Shown here piece by piece: positions 62,721-64,000 of a stretch of DNA of 64,000 nucleotides (position 1 is the first letter of the stretch; every line of letters begins with the position of its first letter). A program made the position numbers and the translations under genes. Source of the DNA: Macrostomum lignano (Eukaryota); NCBI GenBank assembly GCA_002269645.1, contig NIVC01000955.1, positions 124,001 through 188,000 of the forward strand, in the 5' to 3' direction. The notes below the pieces were generated by a model. That model saw nothing but the letters and a program-made list of their open reading frames with translations. It was not told the DNA's origin and made no database searches.

Positions 62721-63537
62721 AAGCTAGTACTGAGTGAATCCAAAGGACAAGGTAATCTATACACAAGTTCTCATCCAGTGTAACTAAACCGCATATTAAT
62801 TTTGCTGAAAATAAACTGGGTCCTGGCTTACATAGTAAGTATACAGCCTTTGTAGTTTGTACTGAGGGTTACCCCAGTCTCAGTAGAGCTAGCAGACTGC
62901 AATAGGACTTTAAGAGACACAATATAAACAGAGAGAACATATATTCGAATCGAACACTGTATAATAAAAAATACCATCAATTATCGCAATATGAAAGGCA
63001 ATCAAAGCTTTAAACAAACACATTTTGAAATCTAAAAATTGTTTTAATGAAGTTAGGAGTTGTGTATCTACACAAAGCAACACATATTGTGATTTTGTAA
63101 CTTAGACAAAATGGGAAATTGAAAGGGTTATCTGTTATAGAATTTTTTTGTCTTTTTAAAGAAACCTTTTTGCAACAAAAGAATTCGATACATATCACAG
63201 ATACTAGAATAACTATTGATAGATGTCACTTGCAAAATGCGCTTATCTACTCTGTTTTCAGTAGCAAAATAGCGTTTTTGCCTATATGAGAAAAAATGAT
63301 TACATTATAAAAGATTTTTTTTCAAGTTTTTTTTAAATTGTCTCTGGCTTTCTGCAAGCGGAACCATTAGATTAGCATCTTCATCTTGTTTTACCGACTC
63401 CCAGCATCAGACCCGAAAATTCTTAACAAAGAAATGAAAGAAATAAAAATCCAAACCCAGTGTATGCATAGCGAGCAAGAGAGAAAAGGGATGGCGGCCC
63501 CCTAGCCAGGCCTTTCTTGGCTTCTCTCTTGCCCGAT

Positions 63538-63833
63538 TGTGTCTAACTTTTGATCTCTCTCCTTACGAGTAATGCTCTCCTATTGGCTGAGCAAGGTTGA
63601 GCCTACCCCCTAGGCTAAGTTTCGACCGACCTCTCTCCTTACTGCTCTCCCATTGGCTGAGCTAAATTGGGCCTTCCCCCTAGGCCTAGACTGAGTTTCG
63701 TGTGTCTGACTTCGACCTCTCTCCTTACTGCTCTCCCATTGGCTGAGCCAGATTAGGCCTGCCCCCCAGACTGAGTTTAGTTCGTTTTGTGTTTACTTGT
63801 GTACACCGAATTAAAAGCTTGTTCTTAACCACA
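63538..63833 (+). promoter_or_regulatory. Three repeats containing a CCAAT box followed by ATTAAA; LTR-like or promoter-like
   Basis: CTCTCTCCTTACTGCTCTCCCATTGGCTGAGC-like units at about 63556, 63631 and 63716; ATTAAA at about 63810; no TSD found. Confidence 0.35.
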
Positions 63834-64000
63834 TATGTTCTTGAGGCCGCAAATTTTAGCTGCCACTTGAAATTTTAGTGACACTGCGCAGACAAACTAC
63901 TGAAAAAAGAGTAGACGCAACTACTTTCGACAGCTTTAATTGCGAGGGACAACATCTAGTAGTTATTCTGGTATCTGCGATACACAGCAACTATATAATA

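Overview
Eukaryotic (animal) genomic DNA with spliceosomal GT-AG introns, GC-rich exons and introns packed with minisatellites; the style resembles the flatworm Macrostomum (inference only, not verifiable here). Genes reconstructed by hand with phase-consistent exons: SLC12A9-like cation-chloride cotransporter (12 exons, - strand, 5035-18393), condensin subunit CAP-G/NCAPG (7 or more exons, - strand, 21222-29813, 5' end unresolved), an LRR single-pass receptor lacking a TIR domain (2 exons, -), a monoglyceride-lipase-like hydrolase (5 exons, -), an unrecognised low-complexity protein (3 exons, +), the last exon of an SLC17 transporter (+), and an intronless, frameshifted fungal-type GT15 (Kre2/Mnt1) mannosyltransferase lying antisense upstream of that exon. 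Mobile DNA: an R1/LOA-like RT remnant, two RTE-like LINE fragments, a tRNA-derived SINE family, and several MITE/foldback elements. The most striking pattern is that several intronic minisatellites appear to be built from their own splice-junction sequence, either as disarmed copies or as arrays of intact decoy splice sites. Other leads: the GT15 gene as a horizontal-transfer candidate, a 52-aa spliced uORF whose stop overlaps a candidate NCAPG start, and a hidden + strand gene whose start Met might come from a spliced leader. All coordinates were read by eye; array boundaries are approximate.
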